Of a stretch of DNA of 64,000 nt, positions 19,221 through 29,712 are shown one piece after another. Both the position numbers and the translations under genes were made by a program. The notes under the pieces were generated by a model. It was not told where the DNA came from. It did not search any database and saw only the letters and a list, made by a program, of their open reading frames with translations. This DNA is from Candidatus Thermosaccharophagus tengchongensis. GTDB taxonomy: Bacteria > Armatimonadota > Fervidibacteria > Fervidibacterales > Thermosaccharophagaceae. The number at the start of each line of letters is the position of its first letter. The stretch's first letter is position 1. The stretch lies in the NCBI GenBank assembly GCA_032161105.1, contig JAVHTD010000009.1; one strand, given 5' to 3'.

Positions 19221-20012
19221 ATGTTTGTGAAAGCCATATTGTGCAGGTTGCGCAGGGCTGTTAATTGGCACCTTAACACCATATGCTGTGCCATCTCTTT
19301 CCTCACGATTGTGCCGATGCCTCGCCCACACTCGGAAAGCGCCATCAAGATGTGCAGTTGGCTCTTTCCATTTGTCGGGTTGCTCATTGGTGCTCTAATA
19401 GCCACGGTGGACAGCCTGCTTCTTCTGCTCATGCCCGAAAGCGCGACGAGTGCCATAACCGTCGGAATGCTTGCGGCTATCACTGGTGGACTTCACCTTG
19501 ATGGGCTGGCAGATTTGGCGGATGCAATTGGCAGCCTTAAGGACAGGCGGGGGCAACTTGAAGTGATGCGTGATGCGCACATCGGCGCTTTGGGGGCTGC
19601 GAGTGTGTGCATTGTGCTGCTGTTAAAGTATGCCCTCATAGCCTCCGTTAATCCGCCTCTGAGGTGGGTTGCACTCTCGCTTGCGCCGATGCTCGGGAGG
19701 TATTGCGCTGCGCTATCAATGCTCCTCTTCCCGTATGCGCGCTCCGAAGATGGGATAGCCTTTCGCATGAGAGAACACAGGATGGAGCAACTCATCGCGG
19801 CAACGGCATACACAGTCATAGCAGTGCATGCTGCTGCAAGCTATGTCGGGCACATCAGCATGTGGTTGTGCATCGTGATCACCCTCCTCATTTCACTGCG
19901 ATTGACGAAGAGGTTTGGTGGTCTGACCGGCGATTGCTATGGGGCGACGGTTGAAATATGTGAGACGGCATCGTTATTCGCCTTTGCCATGCTGCAAAAG
20001 GTTTTCCTGTGA
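19221..20012 (+). CDS. cobS: Cobalamin synthase
   Basis: FLT, TGGLHLDGLAD, GGLTGDCYGA; polytopic. Confidence 0.94.
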   Translation: MFVKAILCRLRRAVNWHLNTICCAISFLTIVPMPRPHSESAIKMCSWLFPFVGLLIGALIATVDSLLLLLMPESATSAITVGMLAAITGGLHLDGLADLADAIGSLKDRRGQLEVMRDAHIGALGAASVCIVLLLKYALIASVNPPLRWVALSLAPMLGRYCAALSMLLFPYARSEDGIAFRMREHRMEQLIAATAYTVIAVHAAASYVGHISMWLCIVITLLISLRLTKRFGGLTGDCYGATVEICETASLFAFAMLQKVFL

Positions 20013-20161
20013 GTGTGAACGGAGCAATACCCAGTGTGCGCTATACTGGTAAAGGGTTTGCTTGACCAAAAGTGAGGGTTAATGGCGGGCAATCACGGTG
20101 CAGATAAGGTGCTTATAAACAGGGAAGGCGAATTAGCCACTTGCAGCGAGGAGTGAGTTCA

Positions 20162-20380
20162 ATGGAGTTCACCACGGAGCGAAGAAAGCGCTTTGATGGA
20201 GTTGAGGTTGAAATACTCGGAGAGACATATGAGCCCGGTAAGCCGCAGCCGGAAGGGGAGGGCGACTGGAAGAGCAAATTGCAGACGATAGAGGAGATTG
20301 AGAAGTATCTCCGTTACGCTGAGCGCTACTGGTATAGCACCGAATGGTATGGCTCCGAGAAGCGCAAGACACCCGCTTAA
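20162..20380 (+). CDS. Small hypothetical protein (72 aa) heading the acs cluster
   Basis: GAGGAG RBS before ATG 20162; co-oriented, 51 nt upstream of acsD. Confidence 0.7.
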   Translation: MEFTTERRKRFDGVEVEILGETYEPGKPQPEGEGDWKSKLQTIEEIEKYLRYAERYWYSTEWYGSEKRKTPA

Positions 20381-20431
20381 CCTGCAGCTGTCCATTCCTT
20401 GCCTCAGATGATGAAGCGCAATTGGGGGTGA

Positions 20432-21385
20432 ATGGCTGTGAGTTTAAACATCCCGAAGGAGACCTATGTCGGTCGGATAAGGGAAATCACGATTGGCAGC
20501 GGTGATAAGGCGGTGAAAGTTGGCAACGAAGGCTGCCTACCGTTCTACACATTTGAGGGCGAGATGCCAAACCCGGTCCGCATAGCAATGGATGTGTATG
20601 ACTATCCACCTGAGGGCTGGGCGCCTGCGTTGCTTGAAGTTTACGGTGATGTGCTCAACGACCCAATTGCGTGGGCGAAAAAATGCGTTGAGCAATTTGG
20701 CGCTGAGATGATTTGCCTCCAGCTTGCGAGCACTGACCCTTACGGGATGGATAGACCATCCGAGGAGGCGGCACGGATAGCAAAGCAAGTTGCTGATGCA
20801 ATTGATGTGCCGCTCATAATCTGGGGGTGTGGCAACGAGGCAAAGGATGTAGAGACGCTGAGGCTTGTTTGCGAGCTGTGCGAGGGTAAGCGAGTGGTGG
20901 TGGGACCGGTCGTTGAAAAGATCTACGCAAAAGTTGGCGCGCAGGCGATAGCTTATGGGCAAGTTGTGGCAGCCTCCTCGCCAATTGACATTAACCTCGC
21001 AAAGCAACTTAACATACTGCTCTCCAACCTCGGCGTGCCGGATGAGCAAATTTTGATTGACCCGACCGTTGGCGGGCTTGGCTATGGGATTGAATACACA
21101 TATTCGGTGATGGAACGCATCAGAATCGCAGCCCTGCTACACGAGGATGAGCGGCTTGCCTTCCCGATGATTTGCAATGTCGCAAAGGAAGTTTGGGGCA
21201 CAAAGGAAGCCAAGTTGAGCGAGGAGGAAGCGCCACTGCTTGGAAAGGCGAAGGAAAGGGGTATCCTGATGGAAGCAATCACAGCAATGCTGCTTGCGCT
21301 CGCCGGCGCTGATATACTCATCATGCGCCATCCTGACGCAGTTGAGCTTGTCCGGAAGGCTTTGAACGAATTGATGAATGCCTAA
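20432..21385 (+). CDS. acsD: Corrinoid Fe-S protein small subunit (AcsD/CdhD)
   Basis: VGNE..LPFY.FEG, PIDINLAKQLN, LGYGIEYTYSVMERIR, GADILIMRHP. Confidence 0.95.
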   Translation: MAVSLNIPKETYVGRIREITIGSGDKAVKVGNEGCLPFYTFEGEMPNPVRIAMDVYDYPPEGWAPALLEVYGDVLNDPIAWAKKCVEQFGAEMICLQLASTDPYGMDRPSEEAARIAKQVADAIDVPLIIWGCGNEAKDVETLRLVCELCEGKRVVVGPVVEKIYAKVGAQAIAYGQVVAASSPIDINLAKQLNILLSNLGVPDEQILIDPTVGGLGYGIEYTYSVMERIRIAALLHEDERLAFPMICNVAKEVWGTKEAKLSEEEAPLLGKAKERGILMEAITAMLLALAGADILIMRHPDAVELVRKALNELMNA

Positions 21386-21436
21386 TTGCGCAAAGTGCCT
21401 TACGGCGCGATCAATCGGCAAAGGATGGTGATTGAG

Positions 21437-23380
21437 ATGCCTCAAAATAATTACAGCATAGACCCAGCAGTTGTTGAGCTCCTTGAGCGAGCAAAAAGGG
21501 ACGGTGTAATGACAGCCTTTGACAGGGCTGAGGCAATGCGCCCATGCCCAATTGGAAGGGACGGAATATGCTGTAAGCTATGCGCTATGGGACCGTGTCG
21601 CCTGGTTGCACGGAAGGGCGAGGAGCCACCGAGAGGGGTATGCGGTGCAACTCAGGACACAGTTGTGGCGAGGAACTACCTCCGAATAGTGGCGGCTGGA
21701 TGCGCCGCACATGCTGATCACGGGAGGGCTGCAGCCGAGCTTTTGCTTGCGGTAGCTAATGGTGAGACGAAGGACTACGAAATTAAGGACGAGATGAAGC
21801 TGATCAAGCTCGCCATGGACTTCGGGGTTGAGGTATCGGGGCGACGAATTGAGGACATAGCAAGGGATGTGGCGATGTTGGCGCTTGAGGAGTTTGGGAA
21901 GCAGGAGGGCGAATTGGCATTCATCAAGCGTGCACCATTGCGCCGCCAACAGCTTTGGCGAGAACTCGGCATTGTCCCGCGAGGCATTGATAGGGAGATA
22001 ACCGAAGCGTTGCACAGGACACACATGGGCACTGACCAAGATTACGAGAACTTGCTCATGCACGCTGCAAGGGTAGCGCTTGCCGACGGCTGGGGTGGCT
22101 CAATGCTTGCAACCGAAATTCAGGATGTGCTTTTTGGCACTCCCTACCCAACCGTAAGCCAAGTCAACCTCGGCGTTTTAAAGCCAGACCATGTCAACAT
22201 AATCGTGCACGGTCATGAGCCATTGCTCTCGGAAGTAGTCGTGCTCGCTTCAAGGGAGCCGAAGCTTGTAGAGCTCGCGAGGAGCAAGGGTGCAAAGGGA
22301 ATCAACATAGCTGGTATATGTTGCACTGCCAATGAGGTGCTAATGCGCCATGGCATACCGTTAGCCGGAAACTTCCTGCAGCAAGAGGCTGCTCTCCTCA
22401 CTGGCGTGGTTGATGTAATGGTTGTTGATGTGCAGTGCATAATGCAATCGCTGCCTGAGATAGCTGAATGCTATCACGGGCGCATCATAACGACCTCACC
22501 GAGGGCGAAGATAAGGGGCGCAACACACATTGAATTCAACGAGCACAATGCGCTTGACTCCGCAAGGAAGCTCATTGAGATCGCAATTGATGAGTTTGAA
22601 AAGCGCGGTGGGAATGGCTATGTGCCAAACTACGCCGTTGATTTGGTAGCCGGATTCAGTCATGAGACAATCACCTATCTGCTCGGCGGTCTGTTCAGGG
22701 CATCCTATCGCCCATTGAATGACAACATCATCAACGGGCGCATAAGAGGGGTTGCCGGCGTAGTTGGATGCAACAATCCGAGAGTGACTCAGGACAGCGC
22801 CATTGTGACGCTCGTAAAGGAACTCATAAAGAACGATGTTCTCGTCCTTGAGACGGGCTGCGCGGCTATGGCGTGTGCGAAAGCCGGATTGATGAACCCA
22901 GATGAAGCCCTGAAATATACAGGCGATGGTCTTGGTGAGGTCTGTGAGGCGGTTGGCATACCGCCAGTCCTTCATATGGGTTCGTGCGTTGACAACAGCC
23001 GAATATTGATTGCAGCAACAGCGATGGTCAAGGAGGGCGGCTTGGGCGATGACATAAGCGACCTACCCGCAGCCGGTGCAGCACCGGAATGGATGTCGGA
23101 AAAGGCGATAGCCATAGGCATGTATTTCGTTGCGTCGGGCGTCTTCACAGTTTTCGGTGTTCACTATCCGACGCTCGGAAATGAGGCTGTCTCCAACTGG
23201 CTCTTTAGGGATATGGAAAAGCTGTTCAAGGCAAGGTGGGCTTTTGAGCCAGACCCTGAGGAGATGGCGAAATTGATGATCAACCACATTGACCAGAAGC
23301 GCAAGGCACTCGGCATTGATAAGGCGAGGGAGCGAATACTGTTTGACATGGCCATGAGGCGGCAGTTGGAGGCGGTTTAA
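21437..23380 (+). CDS. cooS: Anaerobic Ni-CO dehydrogenase catalytic subunit (CooS/AcsA)
   Basis: CPIG..GICCKLCAMGPC...GVCG (D/B clusters); C-cluster ligands HGHEP, GICCT, DVQC, VVGC, TGC, GSCVD; WMSEKA. Confidence 0.97.
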   Translation: MPQNNYSIDPAVVELLERAKRDGVMTAFDRAEAMRPCPIGRDGICCKLCAMGPCRLVARKGEEPPRGVCGATQDTVVARNYLRIVAAGCAAHADHGRAAAELLLAVANGETKDYEIKDEMKLIKLAMDFGVEVSGRRIEDIARDVAMLALEEFGKQEGELAFIKRAPLRRQQLWRELGIVPRGIDREITEALHRTHMGTDQDYENLLMHAARVALADGWGGSMLATEIQDVLFGTPYPTVSQVNLGVLKPDHVNIIVHGHEPLLSEVVVLASREPKLVELARSKGAKGINIAGICCTANEVLMRHGIPLAGNFLQQEAALLTGVVDVMVVDVQCIMQSLPEIAECYHGRIITTSPRAKIRGATHIEFNEHNALDSARKLIEIAIDEFEKRGGNGYVPNYAVDLVAGFSHETITYLLGGLFRASYRPLNDNIINGRIRGVAGVVGCNNPRVTQDSAIVTLVKELIKNDVLVLETGCAAMACAKAGLMNPDEALKYTGDGLGEVCEAVGIPPVLHMGSCVDNSRILIAATAMVKEGGLGDDISDLPAAGAAPEWMSEKAIAIGMYFVASGVFTVFGVHYPTLGNEAVSNWLFRDMEKLFKARWAFEPDPEEMAKLMINHIDQKRKALGIDKARERILFDMAMRRQLEAV

Positions 23381-23468
23381 AGGGTTACATGGATGCCAAA
23401 TTTGTGGCTGGTCAAAGAAGCATTTGAAAGGCAGCCCATGAGCAGCGCCTGTGGGGAGGGGATATGCG

Positions 23469-25673
23469 ATGTCAAAGTTGATTTGCTCTGCAGCAATCAG
23501 GGGCGCACATAAGATAGTGGCGAGGGCTGAACAAAAGTGGCGAGAGGCGATGGATAGGTGGGGGGCTAAGCAGGAAGTCGGCTTTCCAAACACAGCATAT
23601 TACTTGCCAATCATCTACGGCATAACTGGCATCGCTGTCAAAACGCTCGGCGACATGGAGCAAGTCCTTAAGCTGTGCAGGAGATTGCTCCCGCCGCCGG
23701 TCAGGGAGAAGGTGCACCTTCCGTATCTTGCGCCGGCGCTTGATGCTGGCATGGCTACATTCTTCGCTGAGGAGATAATTGAGGCGATCAAGTATCTTGA
23801 GAATCCGAACATGTATGTTGCGAGCGCGGAAGAGCCAACCGATGAGAACATCTGGCTCGGTGCAGCCGATGATATCATCATGCGAAAGAGGGGCGTTGAA
23901 TTCGTTGATGGAACTGCGCCCGGCTTCGCGGCGATACTCGGTGCACCGCCGGATGTTGATACAGCGGTTCGCATAGCCAGAGAGCTTCAGGAGAAGAACC
24001 TGTATGTCTTCATGTGCTCGGATAACAACGGCGTGAGGATGGCTGAGCAACTTGTGGAAGCCGGCGTGCAAATTGGATGGACGACAAGGCTTGTTCCATT
24101 TGGTCCGGATACCTCGGCGACCGTCTTCTCAATCGGCTTTGCCACGAGGGTCGCAATGGCATTTGGTGGTATAAAGCCCGGCGAGTATAGGCGCATCCTC
24201 ATCTACAACAAGGATAGGGTTTTTGCGTTTGTCCTTGCGCTTGGCTTTGTGACCGACGAATGGTATGCTAATGCGGCTGGGGCAATAAATTGGGGCTTCC
24301 CGACGATAGCCGACACACCCATACCGCAAGTTCTCCCGACGGGCATTTGCACATACGAACATGTTGTCTCAAATGTGCCACACTCGGAGATCGTTTCAAA
24401 GGCAATTGAGGTGCGCGGTCTCAAGGTGACTGTGACCAAGGTGCCAGTGCCAGTTGCCTATGGACCAGCGTTCGAAGGCGAGAGGGTGCGTAAGGCTGAT
24501 CTGTATGTTGAATTTGGTGGCAATAGGTCGCTTGCACTTGAACTTTGCAGGATGCGGCGCATGGATGAAGTGCAAGACGGCAAGATTGAGATCGTCGGTC
24601 CAGACATTGATACTGCCGAAGAGGGCGGTGCAATGCCGCTCGCAATACTCGTTGAGATTGCCGGAAGGAGGATGCAGGAGGACTTTGAGCCGATACTTGA
24701 GCGTCAGATACATCACTTCATCAACTACGCTCAGGGCATCTTCCACATGGGGCAGCGTGATATAGTTTGGTTGCGCATAAGCAAGGGCGCATTCAATCAG
24801 GGCTTCAGGCTCAGACACATTGGAGAGATACTACACGCAAGGTTCCATCAGGACTTTGGAAACATTCTGGACAAGGTTCAAATCACCATATTCACCAACG
24901 AGGAGGATGTGCGCAGGTTGCTTGATGAGGCACGGGCAATATACCATGCAAGGGATGCGCGCATGGAGGGCATGAGAGATGAGGATGTGGACATATTCTA
25001 CTCGTGTGTGCTCTGTCAATCATTTGCGCCAACGCATGTCTGCGTCATAAGCCCAGAGCGCCCGGGATTGTGCGGCGCATACACATGGCTTGATGCGAAG
25101 GCAATGTATGAAGTCAATCCGGAGGGACCAAACCAACCAGTCCAATATGGTGAGTGCATAGACCCGCTCAAGGGTGCATGGAAAGGCGTGAACGAGTTCG
25201 TTAAGAAAGCCTCAAGGGGTGCAATTGATGGCTATAACTTCTACAGCGTTGTGGATAGCCCTATGACAACATGCGGTTGCTGTGAGTGCATAACTGCTGT
25301 CTTGCCGTTGTGCAACGGCGTCATGACTGTAAACCGAGAATACATGGGCATGACGCCGTGCGGTATGAAGTTCACGACGCTCGCCGGAACAATCGGCGGT
25401 GGAGTCAGCACGCCGGGGTTCGTCGGGCATGCGAAGATTTGGATTGTGCAAAGGAAGTGGCTTCAAGGTGATGGCGGGATAAAGAGGCTCGTTTGGATGC
25501 CCAAGATGTTGAAGGAGGAGCTCGGTGAGAGGTTGGTCAAGCGCCTCGCCGAAGTCGGGATGTCGGTTGACATGATTGCCGACGAGACAGTCGGCACTAC
25601 CGAAGAGGAGATATTGCCATACCTGCAGGAGAAAGGGCATCCGGCGCTCGAGATGCCGCCGATAATTGGGTGA
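23469..25673 (+). CDS. acsB: Acetyl-CoA synthase (AcsB/CdhC, bacterial long form)
   Basis: FPNTAYYLP, CVLCQSFAPTH, GLCGA, MTTCGCCEC A-cluster ligands. Confidence 0.97.
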   Translation: MSKLICSAAIRGAHKIVARAEQKWREAMDRWGAKQEVGFPNTAYYLPIIYGITGIAVKTLGDMEQVLKLCRRLLPPPVREKVHLPYLAPALDAGMATFFAEEIIEAIKYLENPNMYVASAEEPTDENIWLGAADDIIMRKRGVEFVDGTAPGFAAILGAPPDVDTAVRIARELQEKNLYVFMCSDNNGVRMAEQLVEAGVQIGWTTRLVPFGPDTSATVFSIGFATRVAMAFGGIKPGEYRRILIYNKDRVFAFVLALGFVTDEWYANAAGAINWGFPTIADTPIPQVLPTGICTYEHVVSNVPHSEIVSKAIEVRGLKVTVTKVPVPVAYGPAFEGERVRKADLYVEFGGNRSLALELCRMRRMDEVQDGKIEIVGPDIDTAEEGGAMPLAILVEIAGRRMQEDFEPILERQIHHFINYAQGIFHMGQRDIVWLRISKGAFNQGFRLRHIGEILHARFHQDFGNILDKVQITIFTNEEDVRRLLDEARAIYHARDARMEGMRDEDVDIFYSCVLCQSFAPTHVCVISPERPGLCGAYTWLDAKAMYEVNPEGPNQPVQYGECIDPLKGAWKGVNEFVKKASRGAIDGYNFYSVVDSPMTTCGCCECITAVLPLCNGVMTVNREYMGMTPCGMKFTTLAGTIGGGVSTPGFVGHAKIWIVQRKWLQGDGGIKRLVWMPKMLKEELGERLVKRLAEVGMSVDMIADETVGTTEEEILPYLQEKGHPALEMPPIIG

Positions 25674-25706
25674 TGCAGACCGAATGATGTAGAGGGGGCA
25701 TGAGAT

Positions 25707-27062
25707 ATGCCATTGAGTGGCATTGAGATATTCAAGCTGCTTCCAAAAAAGAACTGCGGTGAGTGTGGCGTGCCAACATGCCTTGCATTTGCAATGAACT
25801 TGGCGCAGGGCAAGGCTGAACTTGATGCATGCCCATACATCTCCGATGAGGCAAGGGAAAAGCTGGCTGAGGTTGCTGCACCTCCAATTAGGGAAGTTGT
25901 CATAGGCAGTGATGGCAGAGTTGTGAAAGTCGGCGGTGAAACCGTCCTCTTCAGGCACGAGAAGACATTCGTCAACCCGCCCGGAATAGCCATGCTCATC
26001 AGCGATACGATGGACGATAGCGAAATTGATGCTCGCATTGACAGGATCAACAGCATGGTCTATGACAGAGCCGGATTCATATTGCGCCCTGAGATAGCCG
26101 CGCTGCGCTGCGACTCCGGCAGCAAGGAAAGGTTCACCGATGTAGTCGGGCGGATCATCAGCAGTTCAGATTGCAGCATCATGCTCATCAGCTATGACCC
26201 ATCAATTCAATGTGCTGCGCTTGAGGTATGCAAAGCGAAGCGCCCGCTAATTTACGCCGCCACCAGTGAGAACATTGATGAGATGATGGAGCTGGCAAAG
26301 GAGTATGCATGTCCGCTGGCTGTAAAGGGGAATGGCTTGAGCGAAGTTGCGAGGTTGACATCAACAGCCATTCAAGCCGGCTTAAAGGACCTCCTAATTG
26401 ACACCGGCGCACGCTCGCTCAAGGAGGCTTTCGTGCATCACATAATGCTGAGGAGGGGCGCCCTCATAGGCAAGATTAGGGAGCTTGGCTTCCCGACGGT
26501 TGTCATGGCGTGCGAAATGAGCGACGACCTTTTGATGCAGACGCTCATTGGGGCGATATTCATTGCCAAGTATGGCGGCATAATTGTCCTCTCGGATTTC
26601 CAAGGGCACTCGCTTTATCCGCTCCTGCTTGCGAGGATGAACATTTACACAGACCCGAGAAAGCCGCTTGCAGTTGAAGAGGGCATCTACGAGATAGGAA
26701 AGCCAACGGAAGAATCGCCCGTGCTGCTGACCTGCAACTTTTCTCTCACATACTTCCTCGTCTCAACCGAGATAGAAAACAGCCGAGTGCCATCATGGTT
26801 GCTGGTCAAGGATACCGAGGGGCTTTCGGTGATGACCGCATGGGCTGGCGGCAAATTCACAGCGGATGTGATTGCTCCATTCATCAAGAAGTGCGGCATT
26901 GAGAGCAGAGTTAAGCACCGCAAGCTGATCATACCGGGCTATCTTGCACCCGAGAGCGGCGCGCTTGAAGAGGAACTTGGCGGTGAATGGGAGATACTTG
27001 TCGGTCCAAGAGAAGCAGCAAACATACCTGCATATTTGCGCACCGTCTGGCAAGCTGCCTGA
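25707..27062 (+). CDS. acsC: Corrinoid Fe-S protein large subunit (AcsC/CdhE)
   Basis: LPKKNCGECGVPTCLAFAM...CP, GGETVLFRHEKTF, GLSVMTAWAGGKF. Confidence 0.97.
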   Translation: MPLSGIEIFKLLPKKNCGECGVPTCLAFAMNLAQGKAELDACPYISDEAREKLAEVAAPPIREVVIGSDGRVVKVGGETVLFRHEKTFVNPPGIAMLISDTMDDSEIDARIDRINSMVYDRAGFILRPEIAALRCDSGSKERFTDVVGRIISSSDCSIMLISYDPSIQCAALEVCKAKRPLIYAATSENIDEMMELAKEYACPLAVKGNGLSEVARLTSTAIQAGLKDLLIDTGARSLKEAFVHHIMLRRGALIGKIRELGFPTVVMACEMSDDLLMQTLIGAIFIAKYGGIIVLSDFQGHSLYPLLLARMNIYTDPRKPLAVEEGIYEIGKPTEESPVLLTCNFSLTYFLVSTEIENSRVPSWLLVKDTEGLSVMTAWAGGKFTADVIAPFIKKCGIESRVKHRKLIIPGYLAPESGALEEELGGEWEILVGPREAANIPAYLRTVWQAA

Positions 27063-27225
27063 GGTCAATGCAACCTCGTCATAAAGGTTGCTGAATGCGA
27101 ATTGAAGGGTGCCCTATGTGGGGCGGGATCTTCCATTGCAGTTAACTCCGCGCCTTAAGTGAGCTTGTTTGGCGATGGCTATATTGCACGGGCGGGAAAA
27201 TCGCCCTATGCAGGGGTGGTGAGAG

Positions 27226-28104
27226 ATGATCCTTGTGGGTGAGAACATCAACATCATGTCAAAGACGATAGGGGCTGCGATAAGAAATCGCGATGCGGCT
27301 ACAATACAGCAGCTTGCAAGGCAGCAAGCGGGAGCCGGGATGGATTACCTTGACCTCAACATTGGGCCGGCGAGGAGAGACGGTCCCGAGCTTATGGAGT
27401 GGATAGTTAAGACGGTGCAAGAGGTCGTTGAATTGCCGCTGTCACTTGATACAACGAATCCGGATGCAATGGAAGCCGGCTTGAAGGTGCACCGTGGTAA
27501 GGCGATCATCAACTCAATCTCACTTCAACCGGAGAGGCTTGAGAGGATGCTTCCACTTGCCAAGCAATATGGCGCTGCAGTTGTCGGACTGCTGTGGGGC
27601 ACCGAGGGAATGCCGAGGGATGCGGATGACCGTGCCGCATTATGCGTTGAACTTGTCCAAAGGGTTATGGATGCCGGCGTCCCGCCGGAGGACATCCTGA
27701 TTGACCCCATTGTCACACCAGTTTCAGCCGACATAGGGCAGGTGATTGCGGTAGTTGAGTTCATGAGCGCCTTTAAGGACCTTGCGCCCGGATGCAAGTC
27801 CATCGTCGGCTTATCAAATGTCTCCAATGGAACTCCAACTGAGCTGCGCCCACATTTGAATCGTGCATACCTTGCGATGCTCATGAAGTATGGCTTAGAT
27901 GCGGCGATAGTCAACGCTTTTGATGAGGAGTTGGTTAAGCTCGCAAGGGGTGAGATGCCGGAGATACTGAACTTGGTTCACCGCATAATGGATGGCGAAA
28001 GATTTGATGTGAACGAGTTGCCCGAGAAAGAGCGCATATACGCAAAGACGACGCTTGTGCTCATGGGAAAAGTCGTTTACTCGCACTCGTGGCTTGAAGC
28101 CTGA
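27226..28104 (+). CDS. acsE: Methyltetrahydrofolate:corrinoid Fe-S protein methyltransferase
   Basis: Pterin-binding TIM barrel (GENINIM, LDLNIG, SLDTTN, INS, GLSNVSNG) inside the acs cluster. Confidence 0.88.
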   Translation: MILVGENINIMSKTIGAAIRNRDAATIQQLARQQAGAGMDYLDLNIGPARRDGPELMEWIVKTVQEVVELPLSLDTTNPDAMEAGLKVHRGKAIINSISLQPERLERMLPLAKQYGAAVVGLLWGTEGMPRDADDRAALCVELVQRVMDAGVPPEDILIDPIVTPVSADIGQVIAVVEFMSAFKDLAPGCKSIVGLSNVSNGTPTELRPHLNRAYLAMLMKYGLDAAIVNAFDEELVKLARGEMPEILNLVHRIMDGERFDVNELPEKERIYAKTTLVLMGKVVYSHSWLEA

Positions 28105-28215
28105 GCCGAGTTCCGTGCACCATTTGAGTAATGCTAAACATCCATGTTGGGATCGGAAACACAAGACGCAATTTGCGCTTCTAACTTAAGCCTCTAATTT
28201 TGGGCTGTAAGAGCC

Positions 28216-28875
28216 GTGAGGGTGATGATGCCATTCAACACCATCCCAAAGGATGAGCATGAGGGGCACAAAATAGCCTATGAACTCTCAAAGGAAGGCT
28301 TGAGGGCGCTTGATATCAAACTGCAATGTGAACTTGCTGGTGCGCACTTTGTTGAGGGGGAGCGTAAAGCTCGCCTGAAGCTGCTCGGTGATGTCTACGA
28401 AATTTCGCTTCCTGATTGCGATGTCAGGTGTGTGACGGATGAGGATGCACCAATCCACCTGAAGATACTCGCATTGCACTACCTCACACAAGCCACCGGT
28501 AAGCCGCTCACAGGCAGGTTGATTGACTTTAGGGAATTGCCCGGCGGGATCGCTTACCATGTGAGCTTTGATAGCCGCGTGAAGAAGCCGCTAATAAACG
28601 CATTTGGTGATGACGATGGGAGCAAGTTGCGCCAAGCTGCTATGCGCCTTGATGCGGAAGATGTGAACTACGGCGATGTCGGATTGAGGATATGGGCGCT
28701 ACCGAAGGTGCCAATCATAATCGCCTTCTGGGCAGCAGATGAGGAGATGCCGGCGAGCATCAGCATCCTCTTTGACTCATCCATATCGGACTATCTTACA
28801 ACCGAGGATGTGGCAGTCCTCGGCGAGCACTTAGCCGAGAAACTCATAACCGCAGCTAAAACGATGCAGCGGTAA
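28216..28875 (+). CDS. DUF3786 family protein
   Basis: 'ILALHYL', 'FRELPGG..Y', 'LPKVP....W.ADEE.PA...LFD', 'EDVA'; typical of acs clusters. Confidence 0.8.
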   Translation: MRVMMPFNTIPKDEHEGHKIAYELSKEGLRALDIKLQCELAGAHFVEGERKARLKLLGDVYEISLPDCDVRCVTDEDAPIHLKILALHYLTQATGKPLTGRLIDFRELPGGIAYHVSFDSRVKKPLINAFGDDDGSKLRQAAMRLDAEDVNYGDVGLRIWALPKVPIIIAFWAADEEMPASISILFDSSISDYLTTEDVAVLGEHLAEKLITAAKTMQR

Positions 28876-28968
28876 AATTTTGATTCCCTGTGAGATGGCC
28901 GGGGCTAATTCAAAGCCGCTGAATGTGGACGATTTCAGCCGTTTGAGTGAAGGGGGCGAAATGACAAG

Positions 28969-29712
28969 GTGCACATTTCAATTGCTGGGAAGGGTGGCAC
29001 AGGAAAGACAACATTTGCCGCTCTGCTCATAAAGTGGCTTGCCGAAAATGGCAAAGGACCGATATTGGCGATTGATGCTGACCCAAACTCAAACTTAAAT
29101 GAAGCCCTCGGCATGGAAGTCAACGCATACATTGCCGACATACTCTCGCGGGTGCGCACGGCGGCTCCATCGCCCAACATGCCGAAGTTGCGCATGATTG
29201 AGTATCAACTGCACGAAGTCATCACCGAAGGTGACAAAGTTGACCTGCTTGCAATGGGTGGACCTGAAGGTCCGGGATGCTATTGCGCTGCCAATCAAAT
29301 GCTGCGCGATTTCATTGAGCGGCTGCGCCCAAGCTATGCCTATCTCGTGATGGATAACGAAGCCGGGATGGAGCATTTGAGCAGGCGCGTTGCGCAGGAT
29401 GTTGACATCCTGTTCATAATGAGCGACCCGACAGTGAAGGGCATACGCTCCTCTGGAAGGATTGCCGCTTTGGCTAAGTCACTTGAACTCAGCGTGCGAA
29501 GGGTATATCTCGTGCTTAACAGGGCAGGGGAAGATGCGGTTGAAGCGCTCTCCGATGAGATTGAGAAGACGAGATTGGAACTCGCCGGAGTCATACCTGA
29601 GGATGAACTCATCATCAAGTATGACATTGAGGGACGACCGCTGGTGGAGCTCCCGCACGATAGCCTCGCATACAAAGCTGTGCGTGAGATAGCGCAGAGG
29701 GTAATCGGATGA
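28969..29712 (+). CDS. cooC: CODH/ACS nickel-insertion ATPase (CooC/AcsF)
   Basis: GKGGTGKT, DADPN, GCYC, DNEAGMEHLSR. Confidence 0.9.
   Translation: MHISIAGKGGTGKTTFAALLIKWLAENGKGPILAIDADPNSNLNEALGMEVNAYIADILSRVRTAAPSPNMPKLRMIEYQLHEVITEGDKVDLLAMGGPEGPGCYCAANQMLRDFIERLRPSYAYLVMDNEAGMEHLSRRVAQDVDILFIMSDPTVKGIRSSGRIAALAKSLELSVRRVYLVLNRAGEDAVEALSDEIEKTRLELAGVIPEDELIIKYDIEGRPLVELPHDSLAYKAVREIAQRVIG

Noticed and set aside
27226..28104. Dihydropteroate synthase (folP) call
   Set aside because: The pterin-binding fold is shared, but the position in the acs cluster and GLSNVSNG indicate AcsE.
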